DNA of 64,000 nucleotides, from IMG/VR virus record IMGVR_UViG_3300024308_000188, positions 150,527-214,526 of that record; one strand, given 5' to 3'. The notes under the pieces are model-generated. The model did not search any database. It worked only from the letters and a program-made list of their open reading frames with translations, and had not been told where the DNA came from. Of the stretch, positions 44,849 through 54,519 are shown piece by piece (position 1 is the stretch's first letter; each line of letters opens with the position of its first letter). The translations under genes and the position numbers were made by a program.

Positions 44849-45993
44849 GCGTCCACTTCCAAAAGTTTTTGACCATCAACAAAGAAGTTGCTTGGTATGA
44901 AATACTGACTTTGATTATTTATCTTAAGTTCAGCCGCTGATTCTGGAGTACCTACATTACACATGAGGACGGGAACTGTTTTTCCTTGCACACCAAGTAG
45001 TAGGTTACTTTCTACGTTTGGAATAACAACGGCTTTTGTCCACTCCGGTCTGGCTGTGTTTGCGTATGTCGCATTTGCACTCGGATCTTTTAATCCGGCA
45101 GTAAACTGTCTTATATAGAATGAGGACTGTCCTGAAGTTGTGGAGGTAGCATGTGAAATACACGCAACACCTTTTATCATTCGCTTTGTAAAATTAAAGC
45201 GATAAGTAGTGTTCACGTTTATTGAAGTACCTGCCGCTATTCCTATACTCACTAAAGCATTATTTTCATCTACAATATAAAGTGCGCCAATTTGCTGGTT
45301 ATTAAATGCACCAGTATCAGAGCGAATTATATGTAGTAAAAGAAAATCAGCTTCAACAGTTTCCTCAAATAAAAAACAACTAAAATCCCTTCTGCGTAAA
45401 GTACCGTCACCACCAGCTCTACGTCCAAAATCTACAGCAAAGTAAAGTGGGCCACCTAAAGTTTTGGCTGCTATACTATTTAAGTGCCAAGCACCGCCGT
45501 CAGATGCACCACCCAAAGCATAATACTGATCTTCCGTTGTCAGTGCTGGAACAGCTTGAGAAGGTGCGGCATTTGAGCTGCCTCCATTTCTATTTACATA
45601 AGTTCTTGCTGTAAATAAAACACAATTCCCTATGTTTTGGTTTGCGGCTGCTTGCCAATCATAGACCTGATCAGTTATGTTTACTGGCTTAAACCAACAA
45701 CCATCCCGTTCTTTGTACGTAGCATAATTTCCGTTTGAAAGTTGTAAACTTACTTTTCCACTTGCACGGACAACATTCAACTGAGCTGTGGTCATGCCAT
45801 CTGCTGCTAGTGCAACTGAACTTACCCAATTGTTATCTCTTGATTCAATTCCTGTGTTAAGATCTTCTATATTTTCTGCCGTAGACTCTCTGAATAAAAA
45901 TACTTGACAGTTATAACTTATATTTCCAGACGGAGTTATGTAATCAAAATCTAAAGATCTTAGTGCTGTGTCCATCAAACCAGTAGAGCGCAT
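44845..45993 (-). CDS. Paralogous virion protein, long form
   Basis: ATG 45993 after AGGAG; EADFLL, FTAGLKD, CNVGTPESAAEL. Confidence 0.75.
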   Translation of the reverse strand: MRSTGLMDTALRSLDFDYITPSGNISYNCQVFLFRESTAENIEDLNTGIESRDNNWVSSVALAADGMTTAQLNVVRASGKVSLQLSNGNYATYKERDGCWFKPVNITDQVYDWQAAANQNIGNCVLFTARTYVNRNGGSSNAAPSQAVPALTTEDQYYALGGASDGGAWHLNSIAAKTLGGPLYFAVDFGRRAGGDGTLRRRDFSCFLFEETVEADFLLLHIIRSDTGAFNNQQIGALYIVDENNALVSIGIAAGTSINVNTTYRFNFTKRMIKGVACISHATSTTSGQSSFYIRQFTAGLKDPSANATYANTARPEWTKAVVIPNVESNLLLGVQGKTVPVLMCNVGTPESAAELKINNQSQYFIPSNFFVDGQKLLEVDA

Positions 45994-46001
45994 AGCAACT
46001 C

Positions 46002-46994
46002 CTAGATAATCTGCCCAACTACTAAATAGTAGTTGTATTTGTTGTATTCGTCTGTTGTAGGTGCGTTCATTTTCATGTAAACGCTTTGGCTTGGCAGACC
46101 TGCACTGCACATTATAAGATGTTCAGTATTTTGATTACGGTTTCCATAAGTGTCGTTTTGTTTTGATAACAAGTTTGTGTAGGTAGCCGCACTAATATGC
46201 TCTGGAACAATAATGGCGTATTGTGGAACAGCTACGTTCTTACGAATGTCACCAGCATTGAATCCAAACTTACCAAAATAAGCGAAAGCTAAATCGATAT
46301 TCGCTGCTGTCCCAGTTGTACTTACTTTACGAATTCTGAAACGAGTAGCTGTTACCTCAGCAAATTTAACTATCCAATAACCAATTTGATTTATTGGACT
46401 TGTATCAATCAATGTCCAAGCAGATCCATTCCAGTATTCAATGTGAAATTGATACATCACTTGCGCGGCTGTTGTACTTTGCTTGATACCAAAACAGTTT
46501 ACTGCTCTTGGTGTATCATATTCGAATTCGATAGTTTCATCATTTTCTGTTGTACGAGCAATGAAAGTATCTAATCCGTCAAAGCCATAATCACCTTGCA
46601 TCTTATACATGACAGACATAAAAGTGTTGTGATCTCTGTAGTCATTTTTGCAGGTGATTTTTCTTGGATAGTAAATCAAATGATCATCAAAAGCTGTTGG
46701 ATTACTTGCTCCGTCTTTAACTGACACAACTTCACCGCGATATACAGCAACCAAATCGCCAGACTTTATTAATGATCCTGCGTTCACAAAATTTACATTG
46801 CGGTTATCTGTGAAATAGCTTGTGATAACACAAGCGTTCTTACAGTTTTCAATTAAACCTGCTGCTGTTTGCGGAAAACCTAATGAATTAAAATCCGCTG
46901 GCATTGTACCATCAAAGAAATACGCAAGATTTCTTGTTGGCATAATGTTCTTAAATGACTCAACTAAAGTTGGATTCATTCCAAAAGTTTTCAT
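46002..46994 (-). CDS. Paralogous virion protein, long form with discoidin-like insert
   Basis: FFDGTMP; IEFEYD..IEYWNGSAW..ATRFRI; YAIIVP. Confidence 0.75.
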   Translation of the reverse strand: MKTFGMNPTLVESFKNIMPTRNLAYFFDGTMPADFNSLGFPQTAAGLIENCKNACVITSYFTDNRNVNFVNAGSLIKSGDLVAVYRGEVVSVKDGASNPTAFDDHLIYYPRKITCKNDYRDHNTFMSVMYKMQGDYGFDGLDTFIARTTENDETIEFEYDTPRAVNCFGIKQSTTAAQVMYQFHIEYWNGSAWTLIDTSPINQIGYWIVKFAEVTATRFRIRKVSTTGTAANIDLAFAYFGKFGFNAGDIRKNVAVPQYAIIVPEHISAATYTNLLSKQNDTYGNRNQNTEHLIMCSAGLPSQSVYMKMNAPTTDEYNKYNYYLVVGQII

Positions 46995-46995
46995 T

Positions 46996-47388
46996 TCATA
47001 CCCCTATCTGAAGTGTAAAGAAAGCAGCATTCATTACATTTAAAGTTGGCAATGTAGTTGCTTCAAAATTTATGATGGCTGTGTACGTTTGAAATACAAC
47101 ATTCGAGTTAAGCTGCGTAGCCACAAAAGGCATATCAATGAACTGAGGTTGTACAAAAATAGAAATACTTGGCAATCCAGCAGAGTAAATTAATCCAACA
47201 TTTATAACAGGATGAATTAAATTTACTATTTCTGGAGTCGGCACATAATCAACTTGAGGGTTGTTACCTTGAATTACATTAGTGCCGTTTAAAGATAGAT
47301 CCCAAGTGATTTGTTTTGGAAAAAACACAAATTTATTCTGATCGAAATTCTTGTCGAAGTAATTGACGTCTTTGATTAAATTATTCAT
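46996..47388 (-). CDS. Hypothetical (probable virion) protein
   Basis: 130 aa within array. Confidence 0.7.
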   Translation of the reverse strand: MNNLIKDVNYFDKNFDQNKFVFFPKQITWDLSLNGTNVIQGNNPQVDYVPTPEIVNLIHPVINVGLIYSAGLPSISIFVQPQFIDMPFVATQLNSNVVFQTYTAIINFEATTLPTLNVMNAAFFTLQIGV

Positions 47389-47887
47389 GACCTACCTGCC
47401 TTATTTTGCAGTTTGTCATTTCATAAATTTCACCAACTGTCATGTTGCGATTTCCAACACGCAAATCACCGTCACCTGAAAAATCTGTTATGCTGCCACG
47501 TATTAAAAAGTTTGACGCACCATTAGCATTGTAAGCTACGTTTGTTGTTCTTGGATAAATCAAAAACCAATCAGGTTGACCTGAAACCATAACAGTTGGA
47601 GCTACTTTACTCCAATCAAAATCTAATAAGCTAGGAAAGTTTGCTTTCATTGCTGGATTTTGCGTTGTTATTAATTCTGCTTGTGCTAACACAGCACCGC
47701 CACGCGAACCTATCTGAGTTATCAAGGTTGCTATATTGGTAAAGATTCCGTTTGTTGCATTGAACAGTGTATCTAACTCTGTCGTCGTGTGTGTATTACC
47801 GCGAACAAAAATCATGTGATACCGTAAAGCAGTAGTACCTAAGTTTCTTTGGTACAATAAACTAGCAGCGGCTTTATTCATTTTCAT
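47381..47887 (-). CDS. Paralogous virion protein, short form
   Basis: FVRGNT..GQPDWF..RGSITDFSGDGDL..YEMTN. Confidence 0.75.
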   Translation of the reverse strand: MKMNKAAASLLYQRNLGTTALRYHMIFVRGNTHTTTELDTLFNATNGIFTNIATLITQIGSRGGAVLAQAELITTQNPAMKANFPSLLDFDWSKVAPTVMVSGQPDWFLIYPRTTNVAYNANGASNFLIRGSITDFSGDGDLRVGNRNMTVGEIYEMTNCKIRQVGHE

Positions 47888-48804
47888 GTTAATGTGGCCC
47901 TTGCTTCCATACGACCTGCAATCAAATTCATTTCAATGAAACGATTTGTTTGAAGTGTATTCAATTTGATTTCACTTAAATCGTAAGAAAATATTCTTAC
48001 GCTACTTGGTTCCCAAGTTGCAGGTGAAGTGTGTCCAGCTATAGGCATAGGGCAAACAATTAAAGATTCAACTGTTTCCTCCAATATATAATCGGAATCT
48101 GTCTCAAATGTTAGATAACTAAATTGCCAACCTATTTTGCTTCCTGAATTTATAGTACCTATTTTAATTGCAGTACATTCAGGAATATCAAAGACTTTAT
48201 TTACTATGTTCGTGTTGGCATCTGTTAAAGTAATGGTATCAGCAGAAAACCATTGATCGCCAACTTTGTATTGAACTGAAAGACCTAAAGGTCTTGAGTT
48301 TGCCGCACTTCCTGCAAAGTGAGCGTAAGCAATGTTCTTTATAGTTGTTGGGTTCTGAAATTCGTAGATAACAAAAGCAGTGATCGGAATACTAACTCGC
48401 TGTAATCGAGAAGTTCCGGCCAGAAGTGTTGGGGTATAAAACGGGGTAAGTGTAGCATTCCATTGCGAATCAGTTACACCTTCAAAATAAATACGAGTTG
48501 GTATTGCGCGTCTTAAGTTTGAACCTGAAATATCCAGCGTACCTCTGTGGTGAAATAATCTTCCGCTATCTGCAAAAATTAAATCAGCGTAAGGATTTAC
48601 CGCTGGATATATATTACGCAAGCTAATTAATCTACTTGCAATACAATTTTGTGACATGAATTCAAAAGAAGAAAGCGAGACAGGATCTTCTAGCAGCAAG
48701 TCCGTCTGCGCTGTATTTAGGTAGCCAAATAGCCAATCAGTATTTCCATTTGTGTTACCCGTCAAATTTGTAAGTGCTGACTTTTCCCACTGTATAAGAT
48801 CCAT
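47884..48804 (-). CDS. Paralogous virion protein, long form (divergent)
   Basis: ATG 48804 after GAGG; IYEFQNPTTI..VQYKVGDQW discoidin-like insert. Confidence 0.65.
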   Translation of the reverse strand: MDLIQWEKSALTNLTGNTNGNTDWLFGYLNTAQTDLLLEDPVSLSSFEFMSQNCIASRLISLRNIYPAVNPYADLIFADSGRLFHHRGTLDISGSNLRRAIPTRIYFEGVTDSQWNATLTPFYTPTLLAGTSRLQRVSIPITAFVIYEFQNPTTIKNIAYAHFAGSAANSRPLGLSVQYKVGDQWFSADTITLTDANTNIVNKVFDIPECTAIKIGTINSGSKIGWQFSYLTFETDSDYILEETVESLIVCPMPIAGHTSPATWEPSSVRIFSYDLSEIKLNTLQTNRFIEMNLIAGRMEARATLT

Positions 48805-48811
48805 ACTAACC

Positions 48812-49360
48812 TCAGACGAATAAAAGTCCTGCCATTGTAATAGCAATTGTTGACAGTGTTGTATCACGAGTGGCCGGAGCTACAATCGTTAATTCATCAC
48901 CTACACCAAAGATAATAGAGTTTGCACCAGCTAAACTCGCATAAACACCAACAGTTGCACCAGCTGCAAAAGTTAAGGTTCCTATTTGAGTTGTTACGCC
49001 ACTACGAACAGCATTAATAGTAAATACTGTTTGTGCTGTTGCAGCTACGTTTGCTCTTGCAGAACATCCAGCCAATCCAGCCTTTAGATAAAAAGTTCTT
49101 GCTGCTAAATGTCTGACCACAACATCACTGCTACGTGGACGATCAAAAATGCTCGAACTAATATCATAGCTGTTAAAGGCTACGTTTGTTACCAGAATCC
49201 AAGTTGACAAAAATGCGGAGTACACATAATTGCCTGCACCTGTTCCAGTTTTCTTAAAGCGTTTGCCGTCAGTTGGTGACGCTGGAAAACTTGCACCTTC
49301 TTCAACAGGTGAAATTTCCAGCGTACTTCCATCAAGCAAAGAAGCGCCATCTAATAACAT
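48812..49360 (-). CDS. Probable virion structural protein
   Basis: AGGAG SD; FPASPTDG motif; Ala/Thr/Gly-rich beta protein. Confidence 0.7.
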   Translation of the reverse strand: MLLDGASLLDGSTLEISPVEEGASFPASPTDGKRFKKTGTGAGNYVYSAFLSTWILVTNVAFNSYDISSSIFDRPRSSDVVVRHLAARTFYLKAGLAGCSARANVAATAQTVFTINAVRSGVTTQIGTLTFAAGATVGVYASLAGANSIIFGVGDELTIVAPATRDTTLSTIAITMAGLLFV

Positions 49361-49370
49361 TTAATTTCTC

Positions 49371-49601
49371 CTACAATGCGCGAACATTGCCAGTCATCGG
49401 AACAGAGAAATGAATCTTGGTAATATTACCAGATTGTTGCTCTATAGATTTTGGCTGAATTTTTTGCAGAATGCCTTGGTGATTTACAAACACTTCCAAC
49501 AATGGAACACGACCTAAATTGTGCTCAACCAACCACATTGTACTTGGAGTTTGTTGCGTGTGAGTATAGCCACCTTGACCTACCAAACGAACTGATGCCA
49601 T
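49371..49601 (-). CDS. Small protein made of a single HNLG-type beta module
   Basis: YTHTQQTPSTMWLVEHNLG. Confidence 0.7.
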   Translation of the reverse strand: MASVRLVGQGGYTHTQQTPSTMWLVEHNLGRVPLLEVFVNHQGILQKIQPKSIEQQSGNITKIHFSVPMTGNVRAL

Positions 49602-49611
49602 AACTTACTCC

Positions 49612-50232
49612 TTATAAACAGTAAACTGTTCCAGTTGAAGAAGTTGTAAACGTCAGCACACTTTGATTCACTGAAGGACTGGATAATTCGTAATTCAAAA
49701 TTTCCATTCCGTAAGCGTTCAGAACGCGAATTGCTGGATCATAACCTAAGTTGTGATTTACCGTAACAGTTGTTTGACTGGTGAACGGTTGCTCATAACG
49801 AATATCTGGTTTAGCTAAACCATCAATGTTACCAACCATAATTGTTGCAACACCAGAAACTGCTACGTTAAATGTAATCTGAACTGTGTCAGCATCTAAT
49901 GTAATAATTTCTTGCGCTGTAGCAACTTCACCATCCGGCCAAGGCTGCACAATTAAACGTGTACTGTTCATATTGTGTTGCACTGTCCAAACTGTCGATG
50001 GAGTTTGTTGTTCGTGCGTATAAGTATTTTTCTCTTGCAGAAGTTGCACCCAACCTAAAGAAGTTGTTTGACCATCAACAATAGTTACACCCATAAGCAG
50101 ACGACCTTGGACACGCACTATTCGACCTTCACCTGCAAATTCGACACCATCGTCGTCAGCACTAAAGGCCAAATTTTTTACGGCGTTTCCCATGAAGTTT
50201 GTTCTACCTAAGACTTTCATAGGTTTCCTCAT
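49612..50232 (-). CDS. Protein with two HNLG-type modules
   Basis: YTHEQQTPSTVWTVQHNMN; YEQPFTSQTTVTVNHNLG. Confidence 0.75.
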   Translation of the reverse strand: MRKPMKVLGRTNFMGNAVKNLAFSADDDGVEFAGEGRIVRVQGRLLMGVTIVDGQTTSLGWVQLLQEKNTYTHEQQTPSTVWTVQHNMNSTRLIVQPWPDGEVATAQEIITLDADTVQITFNVAVSGVATIMVGNIDGLAKPDIRYEQPFTSQTTVTVNHNLGYDPAIRVLNAYGMEILNYELSSPSVNQSVLTFTTSSTGTVYCL

Positions 50233-50245
50233 TAAAGAAAATGAT

Positions 50246-50278
50246 AAAAAATTGGGGCAGTCAAATGCCGCCCCAATT
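50246..50278 (-). terminator. Rho-independent terminator
   Basis: AATTGGGGC...GCCCCAATT followed on the minus strand by a T run. Confidence 0.75.
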
Positions 50279-50295
50279 GTTATTAGCCGTAAAAA

Positions 50296-51990
50296 TTAAA
50301 CTAAAGGTGCAGCACCGACAGCGATAACACGGATTTTACTTGCAGGAATTACGTCAACAGTAAAGCTGTTTGCATCAACGAAAGTAATTTCGTCAACACC
50401 AACTACGTTGTCGAATTCATCTACAACAGTTACACCAACATATTTCTGGCCCATACCGTGTGTTACAGTGTGGGTAGAAGCAGCTGTTGCAGTACCATCA
50501 TAAACGAAGTAACCAGCAGAAATGCGCGTGTTCACATCGTTGATTGCGCCACTTAATTCTGTATCTAAGTTATCCAGATCCAGTTTACGAGCAGGGTTTG
50601 CATCAACAGTCGGAGCTTGAACTGTAACAGCACCAGTGAAATCCGCACCATCTAAACGTGCATACAGACCATCTAAGAAAGTTTCGTCAACACTTACACC
50701 AGAACCATCAACAGTGATACCATCACCAGCAGTAACAGAAATCGCAACACCGTTACCACCAGCTAAACCGTTACCAACAACTGCACCTAACATTGCAGCA
50801 GTAACGCCTTGCGAAGCGATTTGTACGCCACCATCGACACCGAAACTTAAACCACCAGCAGACTGTAATAAAACAGCTAAAGCAGCAGAAGTATCAGTAG
50901 AAGCAGTTGAACCATCAACAGTTAAGAATAAACCGCTGTTAGCGCGAACATCAATACCAACTTCATCAGTAGGTAACTGAGAAATACCAGCACCCATGTT
51001 TACGTTGAAAGTATTTCCGCTACGAACTAAACCGATACCCGCAACGATTGAATCGACACCTTCAAAACGTGCCCAAGCGCCGTTGTAACGATAGAATGAA
51101 CCATCATCTAAGTTGGTAGCAAAAGTACCAGCGGCATTTGCACCAGCTGTAGAAATATCGTAGGCAACTACGAAAGATCCATCCATATATTCAACGATGT
51201 CGTTGTCACCAACACCAGCGATAGTTCCGAAACCTGCATTCAGATTCGCGACATCAGTAACGATATAGCGAGCACCTTCAACAGTCTGTGGAACTAATGT
51301 GTTATCAACTTGAATTGCTAACACATCATCTTGCCAGTTCAGATTTGCAATGGCAGTTTCTAAATCGATTTTACGAGCGACATCAGTTGCATTCAACGGC
51401 GCACCAACACCACTAATGCGATTGTCGTTCATTGCTAACTGACCAGTCATGCTGTCGCCAGCACGATTTACTGGAGTGTAGCCTAAATCAGCTTGTTTTC
51501 CATCCAATTGAGTTTGGATTGGGCCAGTAACTCCACCGACATAACCTAATTCAGTAGTCGTTACAGAAGAAACTCCAACTTTACCAAAAGCATCTGCAAC
51601 CAAAACACGATCAGATGTTAAATCGGCGGTAGTGATTGAAGTGGCAGCACCAGTGATAGTGTTTTGTTTGGTAGCTAATTGAGTATCTAAGTGACCTTTA
51701 CTGATTGCAGTTAAATCAGTAGCAGCACTTTGATCATCGCTGTCTAACAGCAAAGCACCTAACATTGCCAGTGAACCGTCACGACGTAAATAATCGTCCA
51801 GTGAACCACCTTCGGCAAATTGTTTTACTTCGCCATCTAAATAAAAGCGAATAACATTGTCAGTTGTGTTTGTCCATACACGACCTTCCCACAAACCTGC
51901 GCCAGCTGGATCAGCTACCAGTTTCTCAGGTGTGAAATTTTTGATTTGGCCTTGGCCCATAAAAGTTAAAGAACCATATTGTTTAGACAT
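50296..51990 (-). CDS. Fibre-like structural protein (564 aa)
   Basis: GDSMTGQL and xAxxKxxLD fibre-type motifs; Gly/Val-rich repeats; C-terminal HNLG-like module (THGMG); GAGGT SD. Confidence 0.75.
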   Translation of the reverse strand: MSKQYGSLTFMGQGQIKNFTPEKLVADPAGAGLWEGRVWTNTTDNVIRFYLDGEVKQFAEGGSLDDYLRRDGSLAMLGALLLDSDDQSAATDLTAISKGHLDTQLATKQNTITGAATSITTADLTSDRVLVADAFGKVGVSSVTTTELGYVGGVTGPIQTQLDGKQADLGYTPVNRAGDSMTGQLAMNDNRISGVGAPLNATDVARKIDLETAIANLNWQDDVLAIQVDNTLVPQTVEGARYIVTDVANLNAGFGTIAGVGDNDIVEYMDGSFVVAYDISTAGANAAGTFATNLDDGSFYRYNGAWARFEGVDSIVAGIGLVRSGNTFNVNMGAGISQLPTDEVGIDVRANSGLFLTVDGSTASTDTSAALAVLLQSAGGLSFGVDGGVQIASQGVTAAMLGAVVGNGLAGGNGVAISVTAGDGITVDGSGVSVDETFLDGLYARLDGADFTGAVTVQAPTVDANPARKLDLDNLDTELSGAINDVNTRISAGYFVYDGTATAASTHTVTHGMGQKYVGVTVVDEFDNVVGVDEITFVDANSFTVDVIPASKIRVIAVGAAPLV

Positions 51991-52013
51991 GAAAACTTAC
52001 CTCGGTAATGTGA

Positions 52014-52745
52014 TTAAAGAATACAAACAATTTCAAACCCGCACTTCTTTATTTCCTCTAGTGTCAACTCGTAAGTATCGTTGAGCGTTTGATCACTTTC
52101 CAACCGCTCAGCGTTTAAATACGATTTCACACAAAGAAATTTGTCTCTCAAAAGTCCATTGTCCTTATAGAATTTCAATCTTTCTACAACAAATGTTTTA
52201 TCTATATCTCTTGTGAATATGAGATCTAAATAATCAAGTGTGATAAAAGGATCAAAATTTTCTTGAGATTTACAAAAAACCAGATAGTCGATTTCACTTA
52301 AAATAAAACCAACATGGTTTAAAACGCTACACAAAAAGTTTGCGGTTTCTGTGTAGCTTGCTTCTCGGCTAGACTGTATCAAAGAATTGACACGTTCCGC
52401 CACGACCCTTATGTACTTTTGCTTTATGTTCAAGTACACAAGACGCAATTTTGGATCTAACTCAGACCTAGATTTTAAGCTTGCAATTTGATATGTCATT
52501 GCTCTTTGCAGATCATTGATGATATTTACTCTCGCAGCCTCTATGTCTAAATTATTTAGAAATTCGTTTTCCATGCAACGAATTGTTTCACTGAGTAAAT
52601 CTATTTCAGACTCAAGTACAAACAAACTTGTTTCCGAAAATTTATATCTTTGACTGTTTAAAAACATTGTAATCAAATGATGTTTCTTTTGTTCAACATG
52701 GCTATTTGCTAAACTGACAATGGCTTTAAATGCAAGATCTTTCAT
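52014..52745 (-). CDS. Hypothetical helical cytoplasmic protein
   Basis: 243 aa; ATGA coupling to upstream gene. Confidence 0.7.
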   Translation of the reverse strand: MKDLAFKAIVSLANSHVEQKKHHLITMFLNSQRYKFSETSLFVLESEIDLLSETIRCMENEFLNNLDIEAARVNIINDLQRAMTYQIASLKSRSELDPKLRLVYLNIKQKYIRVVAERVNSLIQSSREASYTETANFLCSVLNHVGFILSEIDYLVFCKSQENFDPFITLDYLDLIFTRDIDKTFVVERLKFYKDNGLLRDKFLCVKSYLNAERLESDQTLNDTYELTLEEIKKCGFEIVCIL

Positions 52746-53275
52746 TTGAGATCCTTTACGTCGTTCCCCATTAAATCAGATAGCGCAGACCTCTGTTGAT
52801 TTCCGATCAACAAACCAGTTATTGTTGCTAATCGGTAACTTACTGCACTGACTTGTTGGGTTATAAGCCTGAGTTCGGCATCTAGTCCTTCTACCCTTCG
52901 CAATAATGTGCTATCACTGCTTGCCGAAACTTCTTTCAATGTACCGATAAGTTTATCCAGTTTACCTGCCAATTCAACAAACTCTTTATCAGTTTCTACT
53001 ACTAAGCTAGATACCATTTCGTGAGTTGCTTGGCATGTTTTTATTAGATCTAACAGAAGTTGTTCTGTCGAATCTTGCGTTACGTGGTTTTTAATAACCT
53101 CATTTAATTCATCTTTTTCTTTCTGCCACTTTTCCCGTTCTTCCTCGAACGTCTTTTGGTTTTGAATAGCAGGTAAGCCGTGGCTATACAAATACCAACC
53201 ACAGGCAACAAGTAATACTGCAAGTATCACTGTGCTTGGGGCTGAACTTGATAAATACTCAAAAAAGCCGCCCAT
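52742..53275 (-). CDS. Single-TM protein with long coiled coil
   Basis: TVILAVLLVACGWYLY then heptad-rich region. Confidence 0.75.
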   Translation of the reverse strand: MGGFFEYLSSSAPSTVILAVLLVACGWYLYSHGLPAIQNQKTFEEEREKWQKEKDELNEVIKNHVTQDSTEQLLLDLIKTCQATHEMVSSLVVETDKEFVELAGKLDKLIGTLKEVSASSDSTLLRRVEGLDAELRLITQQVSAVSYRLATITGLLIGNQQRSALSDLMGNDVKDLK

Positions 53276-53290
53276 CCGTCAACCCTTTAT

Positions 53291-53584
53291 CTAGTTGTGT
53301 ACTGAGCATTCATTACCAGTCTCAATGATTAACCTTTTAGCATCACGTTCAACAGAATCTTCAGCCACAACAACACGAGCAATAACAGGAGCCATTTCTA
53401 CACACTGTTGCCCAACTTTTTTATTTAAGCATACAGCGCTGACACAAAGTACGAATTCTTCTCGTATTGCTTTTTGTTTGTCATCTTCTCGGTTTAAATA
53501 AAAATCACCGAACACAACACCGAGAACAAATAAAAGCAATATAAGGAAAATCCACTTAACTTGTTTTTGGCTAAAGTTAGTCAT
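53291..53584 (-). CDS. Small single-TM protein with Cys-containing exported domain
   Basis: WIFLILLLFVLGVVFG; C..C..C..C. Confidence 0.7.
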   Translation of the reverse strand: MTNFSQKQVKWIFLILLLFVLGVVFGDFYLNREDDKQKAIREEFVLCVSAVCLNKKVGQQCVEMAPVIARVVVAEDSVERDAKRLIIETGNECSVHN

Positions 53585-54515
53585 TTGTTAGTGCATCCAC
53601 ATTATGAAGGCCGCGAAGATAGTTATCTTTAAAGCCAAGTTCATTCATGCGCTTTGCATTTAATGTGACTCTAAATTTAACAGTACCACTGAGTTTAGTT
53701 TTGGTTCCTAAAACACTATTCGCAAAATAATCACCAGCCGTTTTTGTGTCAATTGAAAATATTAGCGCTTCGTTTTCTTCAGGGCTTAGATAACCATTTA
53801 CATCAATGTGTTTTCGGTTAATGCGTACAACAATGTTTTTTAGATCGACCGCATAACTAAACTTACTTAGTTCCTGATCCTTTAGAACATACATCGCATT
53901 TATAATAATTCCGTGCGGCTCTGCATTTAAAGATCTTAGCTTCAATTCCAGTTGTTTGACATTCTCAAATTTATGAATCTCAACCAAATTTTCCTTTATG
54001 CCTTGATTTAATAACAGAGTTTTGTAAAGTCTAGCATTGCGCCCACTTTGATTTGTTTGATCTGTTAAGATATGAACCCTGCCGTATTCATAATCAAATT
54101 CAGATAAAACGTGTAGCAATTTAGCTATAGGATTCTCAATAACAATATCTGTGTTGGAAGATACTATAGAAAAATCAGCTACAATAAATTTATTTCCTAG
54201 CTCTCGCTTCAAATCAGCAGCTATTCCAGAATTGTACACAAATACATAAGCTGGCTTAACATTTTGCACATCACGAACTACAATATCCAGTAAATACTTT
54301 GCGTTAGATCTTGAACCTCCAACATCCATTTGCATATAGTATGCAAGAACTTGATGGCTCTTGAATCTGGATGCTAAATAACTGGCTATTGGATCTCCAT
54401 AATGTGTGCTGATTGGATTTTGAGTTACGTAATAAATGATAGGTTTTTCAGTAGACAACAAAGGGTTGGCAAAAGTCTGAAACGCTAAAAATAATGCACC
54501 TATCAAATAACGCAT
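53577..54515 (-). CDS. Exported protein resembling type I periplasmic/ABC substrate-binding fold
   Basis: Signal peptide MRYLIGALFLAFQTFA; alternating beta-alpha units; C-term VTLNAKRMNELG like ABC_sub_bind (fold call moderate). Confidence 0.6.
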   Translation of the reverse strand: MRYLIGALFLAFQTFANPLLSTEKPIIYYVTQNPISTHYGDPIASYLASRFKSHQVLAYYMQMDVGGSRSNAKYLLDIVVRDVQNVKPAYVFVYNSGIAADLKRELGNKFIVADFSIVSSNTDIVIENPIAKLLHVLSEFDYEYGRVHILTDQTNQSGRNARLYKTLLLNQGIKENLVEIHKFENVKQLELKLRSLNAEPHGIIINAMYVLKDQELSKFSYAVDLKNIVVRINRKHIDVNGYLSPEENEALIFSIDTKTAGDYFANSVLGTKTKLSGTVKFRVTLNAKRMNELGFKDNYLRGLHNVDALTND

Positions 54516-54519
54516 GATC

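Noticed and set aside
45994-46110. Track's upstream start for the 44845 gene
   Set aside because: Overlaps the preceding gene by over 100 nt; ATG 45993 has an AGGAG SD.
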